Shown piece by piece: positions 11,152 through 20,454 of a stretch of 64,000 bases of DNA (the stretch's first letter is position 1; the number at the start of each line of letters is the position of its first letter). A model generated the notes under the pieces. That model made no database searches. It had not been told where the DNA came from and saw only the letters and a list, made by a program, of their open reading frames with translations. A program made the translations under genes and the position numbers. This DNA comes from Escherichia phage vB_EcoM-ZQ3: the sequence record MW630116.1; one strand, 5' to 3'.

Positions 11152-11516
11152 GTTAAATCGAGGAGCCGTCGAACTGTCTGATTAATGATTTGCGAATCAT
11201 TATAGTTTTAAGACCCCGGCAGTTTTACGGTGTACCTCTTGAATGTTATTCTTATAGCGGCAAGTGCATGCTACCCCGAGGTGATGGCCAATCGGGAGTA
11301 CGCCTCAAGGCCTATATATCCATCAGTATATATCTTATCCTCGAGAAATCGAACCCGGAACCTTTAAGCTAACGGTGTGCAACAGATAAGAGCTATAAGG
11401 TATGATGACGGGTTTATGGTTATCCTGTCGTTAAATATCCGAAAACCTATGTTCCCCTTGAGGGCTTGCGCAGGCAATGTCAATAAGTCCTGCATTTTCA
11501 TTAAAGAGAATTTATA

Positions 11517-11696
11517 ATGGCAAAACAAGCTAAAGCAAAGAAAGCAGTTGAAAAGAAAGTTGATGGTACCTCTAAACGCGCTGGATACAAGCGTGGGTCG
11601 AACTCTCGTATTAATCAAACAGTTGAGAAGATCATGCGCAGAGCACGTGCAGTTCTTCGAGATGATGCTTCTCGTTTTGGAAAGGTTGTTGCATAA
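11517..11696 (+). CDS. small basic protein (30.9 position), not in ORF track
   Basis: 59 aa (MAKQAKAKKAVEKK...), weak SD AAAGAG; followed immediately by a strong terminator. Confidence 0.4.
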   Translation: MAKQAKAKKAVEKKVDGTSKRAGYKRGSNSRINQTVEKIMRRARAVLRDDASRFGKVVA

Positions 11697-11700
11697 TTTT

Positions 11701-11724
11701 AGGGAGACTTCGGTCTCCCTTTTG
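11701..11724 (+). terminator. rho-independent terminator
   Basis: GGGAGAC-UUCG-GUCUCCC hairpin followed by TTTTGTG. Confidence 0.75.
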
Positions 11725-11756
11725 TGCGTTTAGGGCAGAAAAAGTTTAAAAAAGAT

Positions 11757-11785
11757 GTTTACTCTCCTGTAGGATGTGTTACTAT
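11757..11785 (+). promoter_or_regulatory. T4-type early promoter
   Basis: GTTTAC, 17-nt spacer, TGTGTTACTAT. Confidence 0.7.
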
Positions 11786-11827
11786 AGACTTGTACCACCT
11801 AATCAATAAAAACAACCGGAGAATAAA

Positions 11828-12199
11828 ATGAACACTATCAATTTAAATGCTACAATTAAATGCCGTGACCATGATGGATATAAATCTCAAGTTGTTAACG
11901 AGTTACAGTGGATGGTTCGTTCAGTTCAAGGTGATGTGGTTTATTGTACAACTCCTGATGGCCCTTCAGACGATTTTTGTTATCATATCGAAATTGAAAA
12001 CTTTTTCACTGGTGAAATTTACCGTCTGAATTCTACAGTTTATGGTTGTATTCGTTCTAAAACTTACGAAGATGAAGAGACTGGTTACTCTGAAGATGTT
12101 GTATGGTACGAAAATGCCAGAAATCGTGCAGAGTCATTAATCGAGAAGATTAAAGCAAAAGGTGTTATTGATTCAGCTAAGTGGACAAAAATCAAATAA
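11828..12199 (+). CDS. hypothetical protein (30.x region)
   Basis: 123 aa ORF, SD GGAGAA. Confidence 0.45.
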   Translation: MNTINLNATIKCRDHDGYKSQVVNELQWMVRSVQGDVVYCTTPDGPSDDFCYHIEIENFFTGEIYRLNSTVYGCIRSKTYEDEETGYSEDVVWYENARNRAESLIEKIKAKGVIDSAKWTKIK

Positions 12200-12203
12200 A
12201 AAT

Positions 12204-12232
12204 GTTTACTTTGGTACAGGTTATGTTATTAT
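12204..12232 (+). promoter_or_regulatory. T4-type early promoter
   Basis: GTTTAC, 17-nt spacer, TATGTTATTAT. Confidence 0.65.
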
Positions 12233-12273
12233 AGACCTGTACCAACAAACAACTTAAACATCTGGAGAATAAA

Positions 12274-12639
12274 ATGAACTACACCAACTTCGAACGCAAA
12301 TATGTTTCTAACGGTATCGCTGGTTCTATCGATATGGTTTGTTTGTGGAAGCATAAAAATGGTTCAGTATGTGAAATTGAGCAGTGCATGGCTCCTAATT
12401 ATGTTTATATGCGATTTGAAAATGGCATCACGGTTTCAATCACGATGGAAGGTTCCAACTTCAAAATTGCATTAGATGACGATTTCCGTCAACGTGATTT
12501 AGGTACTCATCCTTGCTGGAACGGTGTTAATCGTAAACTTCTGGTTAAAACTTGGATTCGTCATATCCTGAGTAACCGAGCTAAACCTGAACACCTGGAA
12601 GCAATCTTTGATGTAGTTCTGAACGAATTCGACATCTAA
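12274..12639 (+). CDS. hypothetical protein (30.x region)
   Basis: 121 aa ORF, SD GGAGAA. Confidence 0.45.
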   Translation: MNYTNFERKYVSNGIAGSIDMVCLWKHKNGSVCEIEQCMAPNYVYMRFENGITVSITMEGSNFKIALDDDFRQRDLGTHPCWNGVNRKLLVKTWIRHILSNRAKPEHLEAIFDVVLNEFDI

Positions 12640-12674
12640 TTTAACTGGGAGCTTCGGCTCCCACTGAGGAAATT

Positions 12675-13289
12675 ATGTTTAAAGTTAATACTTTTTATAA
12701 AATGAATTTTAAAAATGGGGATATTACTCCACGCCTTAAAAACATGTTCTCATATGACCTTATCGAGCCTTTTGAAGTTTTAGAAGTTACTGATGCCGGC
12801 TCGGTTTGTGAAATTAGAACTTCTGAAGGTAAAATTTATCAGGCAGGTGTTGGTAAATTCAGTAATTGTTTTACTTTAATATTCTCGACCGATTTAGATG
12901 AGCATTTTATTGAATGTCCTAACCCTAAGGTCCACGAAGTTCCACATCAAGAAACTAAGAAAAATGGCCCGCACGAATATACGAAGGTTGAAACTCCTCA
13001 CGGCGTGATGTGGCGTCATAACTCTCCTTTTGGAAGTAAAGGAACATTTGCTCAACCGTCTAAACCGTATGACGATGAAAAATACATCGTCGTCTTTTTA
13101 TCTGAACAAGGTACTCAAGACCGTGGATGCCAGCGAAGTGGTTTACTAAGTGAACTTGAAGCTCATAACCAAGCACGTGAATTCGTTGAGAAAAATCCTG
13201 GTTCTGAAGCTCTAGTCATGAAAGCAATTACTCAATATATCACTGCTCAACCTGTTGTTCATCCGGTAGAAATTAATTTCGTTAAGTAG
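12675..13289 (+). CDS. hypothetical protein (30.x region)
   Basis: 204 aa ORF, SD GAGGAAA; preceded by GGGAGC-UUCG-GCUCCC hairpin at 12650-12665. Confidence 0.45.
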   Translation: MFKVNTFYKMNFKNGDITPRLKNMFSYDLIEPFEVLEVTDAGSVCEIRTSEGKIYQAGVGKFSNCFTLIFSTDLDEHFIECPNPKVHEVPHQETKKNGPHEYTKVETPHGVMWRHNSPFGSKGTFAQPSKPYDDEKYIVVFLSEQGTQDRGCQRSGLLSELEAHNQAREFVEKNPGSEALVMKAITQYITAQPVVHPVEINFVK

Positions 13290-13319
13290 TTTACATCCAA
13301 GGACGGATTAGAGTATAAT
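13289..13319 (+). promoter_or_regulatory. T4-type early promoter
   Basis: GTTTACA, ~19-nt spacer, GAGTATAAT. Confidence 0.6.
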
Positions 13320-13343
13320 GATTTCTTTAGTAAGTGGAAAAAT

Positions 13344-13541
13344 ATGAAATTTTTAATAGCACAAACAGTTCAATTAAAAGGTGTTGGAATTCCTGGGGTG
13401 ATTTTTAAAGTTCTCCCTGAATTTAAAACCGGCGCTGGAATTATCAATGAAGCGTATGCTGTTCAATGGGTTGATTGGACTTCTGACATACGTATGGGTA
13501 AAGAGTTATCTCCTATTAAAGGGTTGAAACATGTTGAATAA
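13344..13541 (+). CDS. hypothetical protein
   Basis: 65 aa ORF. Confidence 0.4.
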   Translation: MKFLIAQTVQLKGVGIPGVIFKVLPEFKTGAGIINEAYAVQWVDWTSDIRMGKELSPIKGLKHVE

Positions 13542-13743
13542 ATTAATCCAGAAATTGTTTGGTACGGAAATGATCGAAGTTACTTATCGTGTAACAGACT
13601 GCTCGCCTATTCATCCACAGGATGAACCGTTTATCAAGACAATTAAAATGCTTAAAAATGACGGTGGTTTATCTATTGAAGACCGTCTGCCTAGTTACGG
13701 ACATTGGGCTGATGTTGAAATTATAAGTGTTAAAGATGTCTGA
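13531..13743 (+). CDS. hypothetical protein
   Basis: 70 aa ORF overlapping neighbours. Confidence 0.4.
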   Translation: MLNKLIQKLFGTEMIEVTYRVTDCSPIHPQDEPFIKTIKMLKNDGGLSIEDRLPSYGHWADVEIISVKDV

Positions 13744-14194
13744 ATTAGAAATAAGAAGCAATTTCAAATGGCCGTCATGCGCATTAAGTAATTTTGCCCA
13801 GTGGCCTTTCGTTATGGATGGTATTCAATTCGGAGGTCTTGAAGGATTTCTCCAAGGATGTAAGGTGAAAAATGTTGAACAACAAAGACGTATATTTGGG
13901 CTGTCAGGACTGGCCGCACAGCAAGCTGGAAGGTCTTATGCAAGAGCTCAGGACCATGGGACTCTCTTCTGGTTAGGAGTTCCATTTTCAAGATACTCTG
14001 AAGCATGGAAAGAATTATATACAAATGCATATTTTGAAGCAGCGATCCAAAACAAGGGGTTTCGCGACGCCTTACAAGCCTCTAAAGGAAAAATTTTGAA
14101 GCACAGCATGGCCAGCCACCTAACAAAAGATGATACAATATTAACTGAAGCTGAATTTATTGATGTGTTAAACCTATTAAGAGACTCTTTATGA
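13736..14194 (+). CDS. NADAR / YbiA-like (DUF1768) domain protein
   Basis: 152 aa from ATG 13736; N-terminal signature LSNFAQWPFVMDG...LEGFLQGCKV resembles the FSNFxxWP...DG...EHYFQAxK core of E. coli YbiA. Confidence 0.55.
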   Translation: MSELEIRSNFKWPSCALSNFAQWPFVMDGIQFGGLEGFLQGCKVKNVEQQRRIFGLSGLAAQQAGRSYARAQDHGTLFWLGVPFSRYSEAWKELYTNAYFEAAIQNKGFRDALQASKGKILKHSMASHLTKDDTILTEAEFIDVLNLLRDSL

Positions 14195-15006
14195 AGCCTA
14201 CTATTTTGACTGATATTGATGGTGTATGTTTAAGCTGGCAATCTGGACTTCCTTATTTTGCCCAAAAATATAATCTTCCATTAGAACATATTTTAAAAAT
14301 GATTCAGGACGAAAAATTTATTTCTCCTGGTAAACTGTTCAATACCGACGATAACCTTGGTAAACAATTAATAGAAAAATATAATAGCTCTGATTTTATT
14401 CGTTACTTAGCGCCTTATTCGGATGCTCTTCGAGTTATCAATAAACTAAAAGAAGACTATAATTTTGTAGCCGTGACGGCGCTAGGTGATTCAATTGATG
14501 CTCGATTGAATAGACAATTTAATTTGAATGCTTTGTTCCCAGGCGCTTTTTCTGAAGTAATGATGTGTGGTCATGATTCGTCAAAGGAACAATTATTTGA
14601 ACTAGCTAAAACAAAATATAACGTGATTTGTTACGTTGACGATTTAGCTCATCATTGCGACCATGCAGCAGAAATTCTTAATGTACCGATTTATTGGTTG
14701 GCTCGTGGTGAACGTGATGCCATTCCTCGTACTGCACAACGTGTACACACGTGGGATGATATTGAATCTCGTTTGGTTCCACCCGAGCATAATTCAGATT
14801 CAGATCGTGAAGACCTTTTAAAACGATTGGCGGATTTGCTTAAAGAATCTGGTACAACAAGTCCAGGTGCATGGCCTAATCAAATTGGCGCTCCGTCGAA
14901 TCCGTATACCTGGCGAACCCAAGGACCAACCGATATGCGGCCATGGTGGACGATTCAAACCTTTCCTTTAGATTCGTCCAAATGGACTTGGTCTACAAAT
15001 TGTTAA
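14191..15006 (+). CDS. HAD-superfamily hydrolase (5'-nucleotidase-like)
   Basis: 271 aa; N-terminal HAD motif I ILTDIDGV; unusual W/P-rich C-terminal tail. Confidence 0.5.
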   Translation: MKPTILTDIDGVCLSWQSGLPYFAQKYNLPLEHILKMIQDEKFISPGKLFNTDDNLGKQLIEKYNSSDFIRYLAPYSDALRVINKLKEDYNFVAVTALGDSIDARLNRQFNLNALFPGAFSEVMMCGHDSSKEQLFELAKTKYNVICYVDDLAHHCDHAAEILNVPIYWLARGERDAIPRTAQRVHTWDDIESRLVPPEHNSDSDREDLLKRLADLLKESGTTSPGAWPNQIGAPSNPYTWRTQGPTDMRPWWTIQTFPLDSSKWTWSTNC

Positions 15007-15015
15007 GGGTTAATT

Positions 15016-15285
15016 ATGTTTGTAGTTCATGATATTACAGATGGCAAAAACACCACACGTGACTACGGTCATGTTAACATGTTCTTTCGAGACTGGCCGT
15101 TGTTTCGTTCAGTAAAAGACGCAGAAATATTTAAAGAGTGTGTTGAACAAGGGTTCATCTACATTTCAGAATACTATGTTGAAGGACTCGGTAAATGGAT
15201 TACCACTTATCAGAAAACGCTGAAATCGCTTCTAGATGAAGTGGCTTATAATAGAACCGTAACCAAAATCGAGGACATCAAATGA
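15016..15285 (+). CDS. hypothetical protein (30.1 position)
   Basis: 89 aa ORF; stop overlaps DNA ligase start. Confidence 0.4.
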   Translation: MFVVHDITDGKNTTRDYGHVNMFFRDWPLFRSVKDAEIFKECVEQGFIYISEYYVEGLGKWITTYQKTLKSLLDEVAYNRTVTKIEDIK

Positions 15286-16775
15286 TTTTAGATATTTTAA
15301 ACCAAATAGCTGCGATCGGTTCTACTAAAACAAAACAAGAAATCCTTAAGAAAAATAAGGACAACAAATTACTTGAACGTGTGTATCGTTTAACATATGC
15401 ACGTGGTATCCAGTATTATATTAAGAAATGGCCAGGACCAGGTGAAAGGTCTCAAGCGTATGGTCTTCTTGAATTAGATGACATGTTGGATTTTATTGAG
15501 TTCACATTAGCCACTCGTAAACTCACTGGTAATGCTGCAATTAAAGAGCTCATGGGTTATATCGCTGACGGTAAACCTGATGATGTAGAAGTCCTTCGTC
15601 GTGTAATGATGCGAGACCTTGAAGTAGGTGCTTCAGTGTCTATCGCGAATAAGGTGTGGCCTGGACTTATTCAATTGCAACCACAGATGTTAGCATCTGC
15701 ATATGATGAGAAATTGATTACTAAAAATATTAAATGGCCCGCATTTGCCCAATTAAAAGCAGATGGTGCTCGTTGTTTCGCTGAAGTTCGCGATGATGGT
15801 GTTCAATTCTTTTCTCGTGCCGGTAATGAATACCATGGTCTTACTCTATTAGCTGATGAACTAATGGAAATGACTAAAGAAGCTCGTGAAAGACACCCTA
15901 ATGGGGTTTTAATCGACGGTGAATTAGTTTATCATTCATTCGATATTAAAAAGGCTGTGAGCTCAGGAAATGACCTGTCGTTCTTATTTGGTGATAATGA
16001 AGAATCCGAAGAAGTACAAGTTGCAGACCGTAGCACTTCAAATGGTTTAGCAAATAAATCTCTTCAAGGGACTATTTCTCCTAAAGAAGCGGAAGGTATG
16101 GTTCTTCAAGCCTGGGACTATGTTCCTTTAGATGAAGTCTATTCTGACGGCAAAATTAAAGGTCAGAAATACGATGTTCGTTTTGCTGCTCTTGAAAATA
16201 TGGCTGAAGGCTTTAAGCGAATTGAGCCAATTGAAAATCAGTTAGTTCGTAATCTTGACGAAGCTAAAGTGGTTTATAAAAAATATGTTGACCAAGGTCT
16301 TGAAGGTATTATCCTTAAAAACCGTGATTCATATTGGGAAAACAAACGCTCTAAGAACCTAATTAAATTTAAAGAAGTTATTGATATCGCTTTAGAAGTT
16401 GTAGGATACTATGAACATTCTAAAGACACTAACAAATTAGGTGGTGTCGAACTCGTATCACGTTGTCGTCGTATTACAACCGATTGTGGTTCAGGGTTTA
16501 AAGATACAACTCATAAAACAGTTGATGGTGTAAAGGTTCTTATTCCTTTAGATGAGCGTCATGATTTGGACCGTGAACGATTAATGACCGAAGCTCGTGA
16601 AGGTAAATTGATTGGACGTATTGCTGATTGTGAATGCAATGGTTGGGTTCATTCTAAAGGACGTGAAGGCACTGTAGGTATTTTCCTTCCAATTATTAAA
16701 GGGTTCCGTTTTGATAAAACAGAAGCGGATTCGTTTGAAGACGTATTTGGACCGTGGTCCCAGACAGGTTTATAA
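15282..16775 (+). CDS. 30: ATP-dependent DNA ligase (gp30)
   Basis: 497 aa (T4 ligase 487 aa); adenylation motif KADGAR; closely colinear with T4 gp30 as recalled. Confidence 0.92.
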   Translation: MILDILNQIAAIGSTKTKQEILKKNKDNKLLERVYRLTYARGIQYYIKKWPGPGERSQAYGLLELDDMLDFIEFTLATRKLTGNAAIKELMGYIADGKPDDVEVLRRVMMRDLEVGASVSIANKVWPGLIQLQPQMLASAYDEKLITKNIKWPAFAQLKADGARCFAEVRDDGVQFFSRAGNEYHGLTLLADELMEMTKEARERHPNGVLIDGELVYHSFDIKKAVSSGNDLSFLFGDNEESEEVQVADRSTSNGLANKSLQGTISPKEAEGMVLQAWDYVPLDEVYSDGKIKGQKYDVRFAALENMAEGFKRIEPIENQLVRNLDEAKVVYKKYVDQGLEGIILKNRDSYWENKRSKNLIKFKEVIDIALEVVGYYEHSKDTNKLGGVELVSRCRRITTDCGSGFKDTTHKTVDGVKVLIPLDERHDLDRERLMTEAREGKLIGRIADCECNGWVHSKGREGTVGIFLPIIKGFRFDKTEADSFEDVFGPWSQTGL

Positions 16776-16963
16776 TGAAAGCTTATTTAGAAACAGTTAT
16801 TGTAGCTAAGAAGGATGGTGGAGATGTTTCCACCTCTTGCTCTCAGATTATATTAGATTTTCCTAATGAAAATTCGTATCGGGTTTTCGTAGATAACGTT
16901 AATGGGTACGAAAAAGGCCCTAATTTTGAAGTTTATCGTACTTTGCTCCCGATTGTGGATTAA
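16775..16963 (+). CDS. hypothetical protein
   Basis: 62 aa from ATG 16775 overlapping ligase stop (TAATG); ORF-track start 16754 is GTG. Confidence 0.35.
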   Translation: MKAYLETVIVAKKDGGDVSTSCSQIILDFPNENSYRVFVDNVNGYEKGPNFEVYRTLLPIVD

Positions 16964-16983
16964 GAGCCTTCGGGCTCTTTTTG
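16964..16983 (+). terminator. rho-independent terminator
   Basis: GAGCC-UUCG-GGCUC hairpin followed by TTTTT. Confidence 0.7.
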
Positions 16984-17018
16984 GCATAAATATAAATTAT
17001 TACTAAAAGGAAAACACT

Positions 17019-19106
17019 ATGTCTGAACAATTAAATGAAGTGTTTGAATCTGAAGGCGGTCTTCCTGTCGTCAATTTGAACCCTAAAGCTAAAGTTCCAC
17101 AAGTCTGGAAAATTGGTGATATCGATACAAACATCGTAGTTCGCTTATTCTCTTATCTTTCTGAAGGCGATGCTGTAAAACAAGTTAAACTTGGCGACAA
17201 ATATGCTCATGTTGTTATTATGAGTCTGTCTGAAAAGGGTAATCTCGCTGAATTGAAAAATGGCCTTGGTCCTGCTCCTATTGATGCAATCAACACTATT
17301 TTCAATACAGTATATGAACAGGTTAAAGCTCTTCGTATGGATGCAGTTCTGTTCCGGTTCCCTACCAAGAAATTGAAAGGACGTGGACAGCAGCTTCAAA
17401 CTCTTCTTGCTCGTTTAGTTTCTACTAAAACCGGTGGTCGTTTTAAAGTATTGTCGGCAATGTATCAATTCACAGGTAAACACACCTATGTGATGATGGT
17501 TCGTAAAAATGCTAACATTGAAGATATTAAAGGCATCCCTAACATTAACACAGAGTTGTACACGAAAGTAGATTCTGATGTTGGCGAAGTTTATGTGAGT
17601 AAAAAGACTGGCGAAACGGTCACCAAAGAAACAGCTATCGCTGGTTCTATTGCTGCTGTAGAAGAAAAACGTAAAGATAAGCCTGTTATTGCTCGTACTA
17701 AAATTTCTCGTCGTGCTATTGCAGCAAGTCAATCTTTAGAAGCTGACCGTCAAGAAGGTGAGTTATTCCAGAAATACGAAAATTCTGCTAAAGAAGTTAG
17801 TGGCCCAGCTACAGCCGAATTACTTCCTGAAGCATATGAAATCGTACTAGCCCAAGCATCGTCCACAGCAAAAGGCACTTTAGTTGCTGATATCGAAAAT
17901 AAGATTTATAATCGTATTGATGAATCCTTTAAATTTGCCGATGAAGTTTCTTATGGTAGTGTTATTAAGCCAACTTTAGAAAAGTTTGCTAAGAAAATTA
18001 AAACTGAAAAAACAACATCTGTTAAAGCATTAGCTGCTTTTGTTGAAGCTGCAAATGAAATTGCAGACTCTATTAAAGACGAATGGTTTGAAGATTTTAG
18101 ACGTGATAATTTCCAACTGCCCGACGACGTTTTAGCTGAAGTATCTGAAAGAACTTGGAAACAACGTAAATCAGCGTTCTTGTCTAATGTGATGTATACT
18201 TATGCACGGGAATCGGCTAGAGGCACCTTTAATATAACAATGAATCGGGACCCTAAACAATACTCTGTTGCTGAAAAACGAGCTATTCGTGAATATGCCT
18301 CTTCTGCGTATATCGATATCAATAATATGTTGTTAGGTCGTTATAAACCAGATTTTTACGATGTTGCAGATGAAGATGAAGTTAAACGCGCTATTGATGG
18401 TCTTGATTCGGCGTTTTTAAATGGAGACCGTTTACCTGAAGGACTAACGTTATATAGAGCTCAGTCTATCAGAATGCCTATTTACGAAGCAATGGTTAAA
18501 AATAAGGTATTCTACTTCAGAAACTATGTTTCCACTTCACTAGCTCCTATTATTTTCGGCGGGTTTAAAGAGAACGTTGCCCTTGGACTTGCTCCTGAAG
18601 AAGTTCGCAAAGAGCTTAACATTGATAATAATGACGAAGGTGTTACTATTTCTCCTAGTCAAGTAAGAACAGCTATGCATGCACCAGACCAAATCCGTGT
18701 TAACGTTGGATGGGCTATTGATGGCGCCCATAAAGTTAACGTGATTTATCCTGGACAGTTGAGTAATCACCCTAATGAGCAAGAAATTATTTTGCCTAGA
18801 GGCATTCTCTTGCAGATAAATAAAATTACAGATGCGTCATCTGACACTGGTGCAGGTTTAGAATCCAACCTTAAATTTATTCAAGCTGAAGTCATGTCCT
18901 CGGACCAGTTGGACGAAGCTGTCATTTACGACGGTGATGTTCTCATGGAAACAGGTGAGGTGGTTGCTATGACGGGTGAAATCGAATCAGATGAGCCGAT
19001 ATCGTTCTCCTCATTTGTAGAAAAAACTAGTGCTCCTAAAGGATTGAAATTGTTAGCATCTTTAATGGATTTAGAATCAGTTCCGTTTAAATTTGTCCAA
19101 GGATAG
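17019..19106 (+). CDS. alt: Alt ADP-ribosyltransferase (packaged, modifies host RNA polymerase)
   Basis: 695 aa (T4 Alt 682 aa); ART catalytic triad pattern R (YARESARG), S-T-S (YVSTSLAP), E-x-E (NEQEIILPRG) in C-terminal half. Confidence 0.8.
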   Translation: MSEQLNEVFESEGGLPVVNLNPKAKVPQVWKIGDIDTNIVVRLFSYLSEGDAVKQVKLGDKYAHVVIMSLSEKGNLAELKNGLGPAPIDAINTIFNTVYEQVKALRMDAVLFRFPTKKLKGRGQQLQTLLARLVSTKTGGRFKVLSAMYQFTGKHTYVMMVRKNANIEDIKGIPNINTELYTKVDSDVGEVYVSKKTGETVTKETAIAGSIAAVEEKRKDKPVIARTKISRRAIAASQSLEADRQEGELFQKYENSAKEVSGPATAELLPEAYEIVLAQASSTAKGTLVADIENKIYNRIDESFKFADEVSYGSVIKPTLEKFAKKIKTEKTTSVKALAAFVEAANEIADSIKDEWFEDFRRDNFQLPDDVLAEVSERTWKQRKSAFLSNVMYTYARESARGTFNITMNRDPKQYSVAEKRAIREYASSAYIDINNMLLGRYKPDFYDVADEDEVKRAIDGLDSAFLNGDRLPEGLTLYRAQSIRMPIYEAMVKNKVFYFRNYVSTSLAPIIFGGFKENVALGLAPEEVRKELNIDNNDEGVTISPSQVRTAMHAPDQIRVNVGWAIDGAHKVNVIYPGQLSNHPNEQEIILPRGILLQINKITDASSDTGAGLESNLKFIQAEVMSSDQLDEAVIYDGDVLMETGEVVAMTGEIESDEPISFSSFVEKTSAPKGLKLLASLMDLESVPFKFVQG

Positions 19107-19135
19107 TTTACAAACACATGGATGTGTGATACTAT
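19106..19135 (+). promoter_or_regulatory. T4-type early promoter
   Basis: GTTTACA, 18-nt spacer, TGTGATACTAT; lies at the 3' end of alt. Confidence 0.7.
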
Positions 19136-19164
19136 CATCCCATCAACAACATGAGGAAAACGTT

Positions 19165-19458
19165 ATGAAATCTATGCTTCGCTTTAATGGTCAAGAACTA
19201 GTAGTTGAAGATGTTATCCCAGCGGATGATGCTTTTAACGAAGCTGTGATTGACGAATTGAATCGAGTATTCCCAGGTGCATTCCATATTGCTATGGAAC
19301 CTCTTAAAAACTTTCGTGACCCTGAACACACCGATCAAATTTTTGTCGGTGTAGTGACGGGTCATTTAGAAACAGAGGTACCAATGGTCGTATTAGTTAA
19401 ATACTCTAAAGATGATACTCCATTCCGAGCACCAGCATTCCTTTCATTCCGTAAATAA
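19165..19458 (+). CDS. hypothetical protein
   Basis: 97 aa from ATG 19165 with SD GAGGAAAA; ORF-track start 19093 precedes the promoter. Confidence 0.45.
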   Translation: MKSMLRFNGQELVVEDVIPADDAFNEAVIDELNRVFPGAFHIAMEPLKNFRDPEHTDQIFVGVVTGHLETEVPMVVLVKYSKDDTPFRAPAFLSFRK

Positions 19459-19464
19459 ACCCCT

Positions 19465-19490
19465 AAAGGGAGACAACGTCTCCCTTTTTC
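19465..19490. terminator. bidirectional terminator between convergent early (+) and late (-) units
   Basis: GGGAGAC-AAC-GUCUCCC hairpin flanked by A-run upstream and T-run downstream. Confidence 0.7.
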
Positions 19491-19491
19491 T

Positions 19492-20454
19492 TTATAGTCC
19501 TAAAACTCTTGACGCAGAATTCACCACACCTGTCAATGTGTTTATATTAGACACACCTCCAGCAGTCCCACCTAATCTAGAAAGTCTTGATACTGCACTT
19601 CCTAGACCAGAATCATTCTGATTATTTCCAAACATTCCTGAAACACTACTAATAAGTCCTGATTCCAGCCATTCTAAAGCAGCCTGTCTATTTACAGCAC
19701 CTGATTGCATAACGCGATAAGCAAATGTTACATCAAAAACTGTTATCTGATTATCACCATCATATGTTAACTCAGGAGAAGAGACACTAACAGGAATACA
19801 TCCGGTGAACATGACAGCGGTATGTGGTAAGCCATTTCGTGCGTGTAAATTAACCTGAATATCTGCTTCGACGTCTTGTGGTAAAGCACGAAGACCTGTT
19901 ACAGGGTCTTGGACTGAGTTTACCCAGTCTTGCATTGCTCTAAAGTTAGATGCTTCGGAATCCATTCTAAAGCTTATTACTAACGGGTCCATTTCACGGC
20001 CGGTAATTCGGATGTTCGGGGAGTTATAGTTGAAATCCGTTTCATAAGATAATCGGTTCTCAGGCATTTTTACAGAATAAATCATTAAACCTGTATTATT
20101 ATATGCCATATTGAAGAAGTCTATCAAATAAGCTCCTACTGTGAACTCGCCTAACAAGCTTTGTACCGTACGTTGACTCATTGCTCCAATCAGATATTTA
20201 CTTACACCTGATTTTCGAATTAATTTCTGTGTCCCTGCTGTAATCAGGGTTGTTACGCCCTGATTGATATCACCTTGAGTCAATCCTAGCCAATCGGAAT
20301 CCAACCCTAAGTTATTATAAGCAAAACTACCAATTGACGAAATTAGTGAAGACGATTTGGTTGATGGTGTAGTAGCAAATACACAACTAAACATATTGTT
20401 TCGTTGGAAATCTGCATTTATAGCTTGGTTATTAAATTCTTCTAAAGAGTACAT
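19492..20454 (-). CDS. 54: baseplate tail-tube initiator (gp54)
   Basis: 320 aa = T4 gp54 length; synteny 54-48-29. Confidence 0.85.
   Translation of the reverse strand: MYSLEEFNNQAINADFQRNNMFSCVFATTPSTKSSSLISSIGSFAYNNLGLDSDWLGLTQGDINQGVTTLITAGTQKLIRKSGVSKYLIGAMSQRTVQSLLGEFTVGAYLIDFFNMAYNNTGLMIYSVKMPENRLSYETDFNYNSPNIRITGREMDPLVISFRMDSEASNFRAMQDWVNSVQDPVTGLRALPQDVEADIQVNLHARNGLPHTAVMFTGCIPVSVSSPELTYDGDNQITVFDVTFAYRVMQSGAVNRQAALEWLESGLISSVSGMFGNNQNDSGLGSAVSRLSRLGGTAGGVSNINTLTGVVNSASRVLGL

Noticed and set aside
11338-11362. tRNA-like T-loop sequence (GGTTCGATT on the - strand)
   Set aside because: Flanking bases do not form a T-stem or acceptor stem; no cloverleaf could be built
11190-11372. 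60-aa ORF in the rIII downstream spacer
   Set aside because: Starts with TTG, has no Shine-Dalgarno sequence and no recognisable protein features; more likely non-coding
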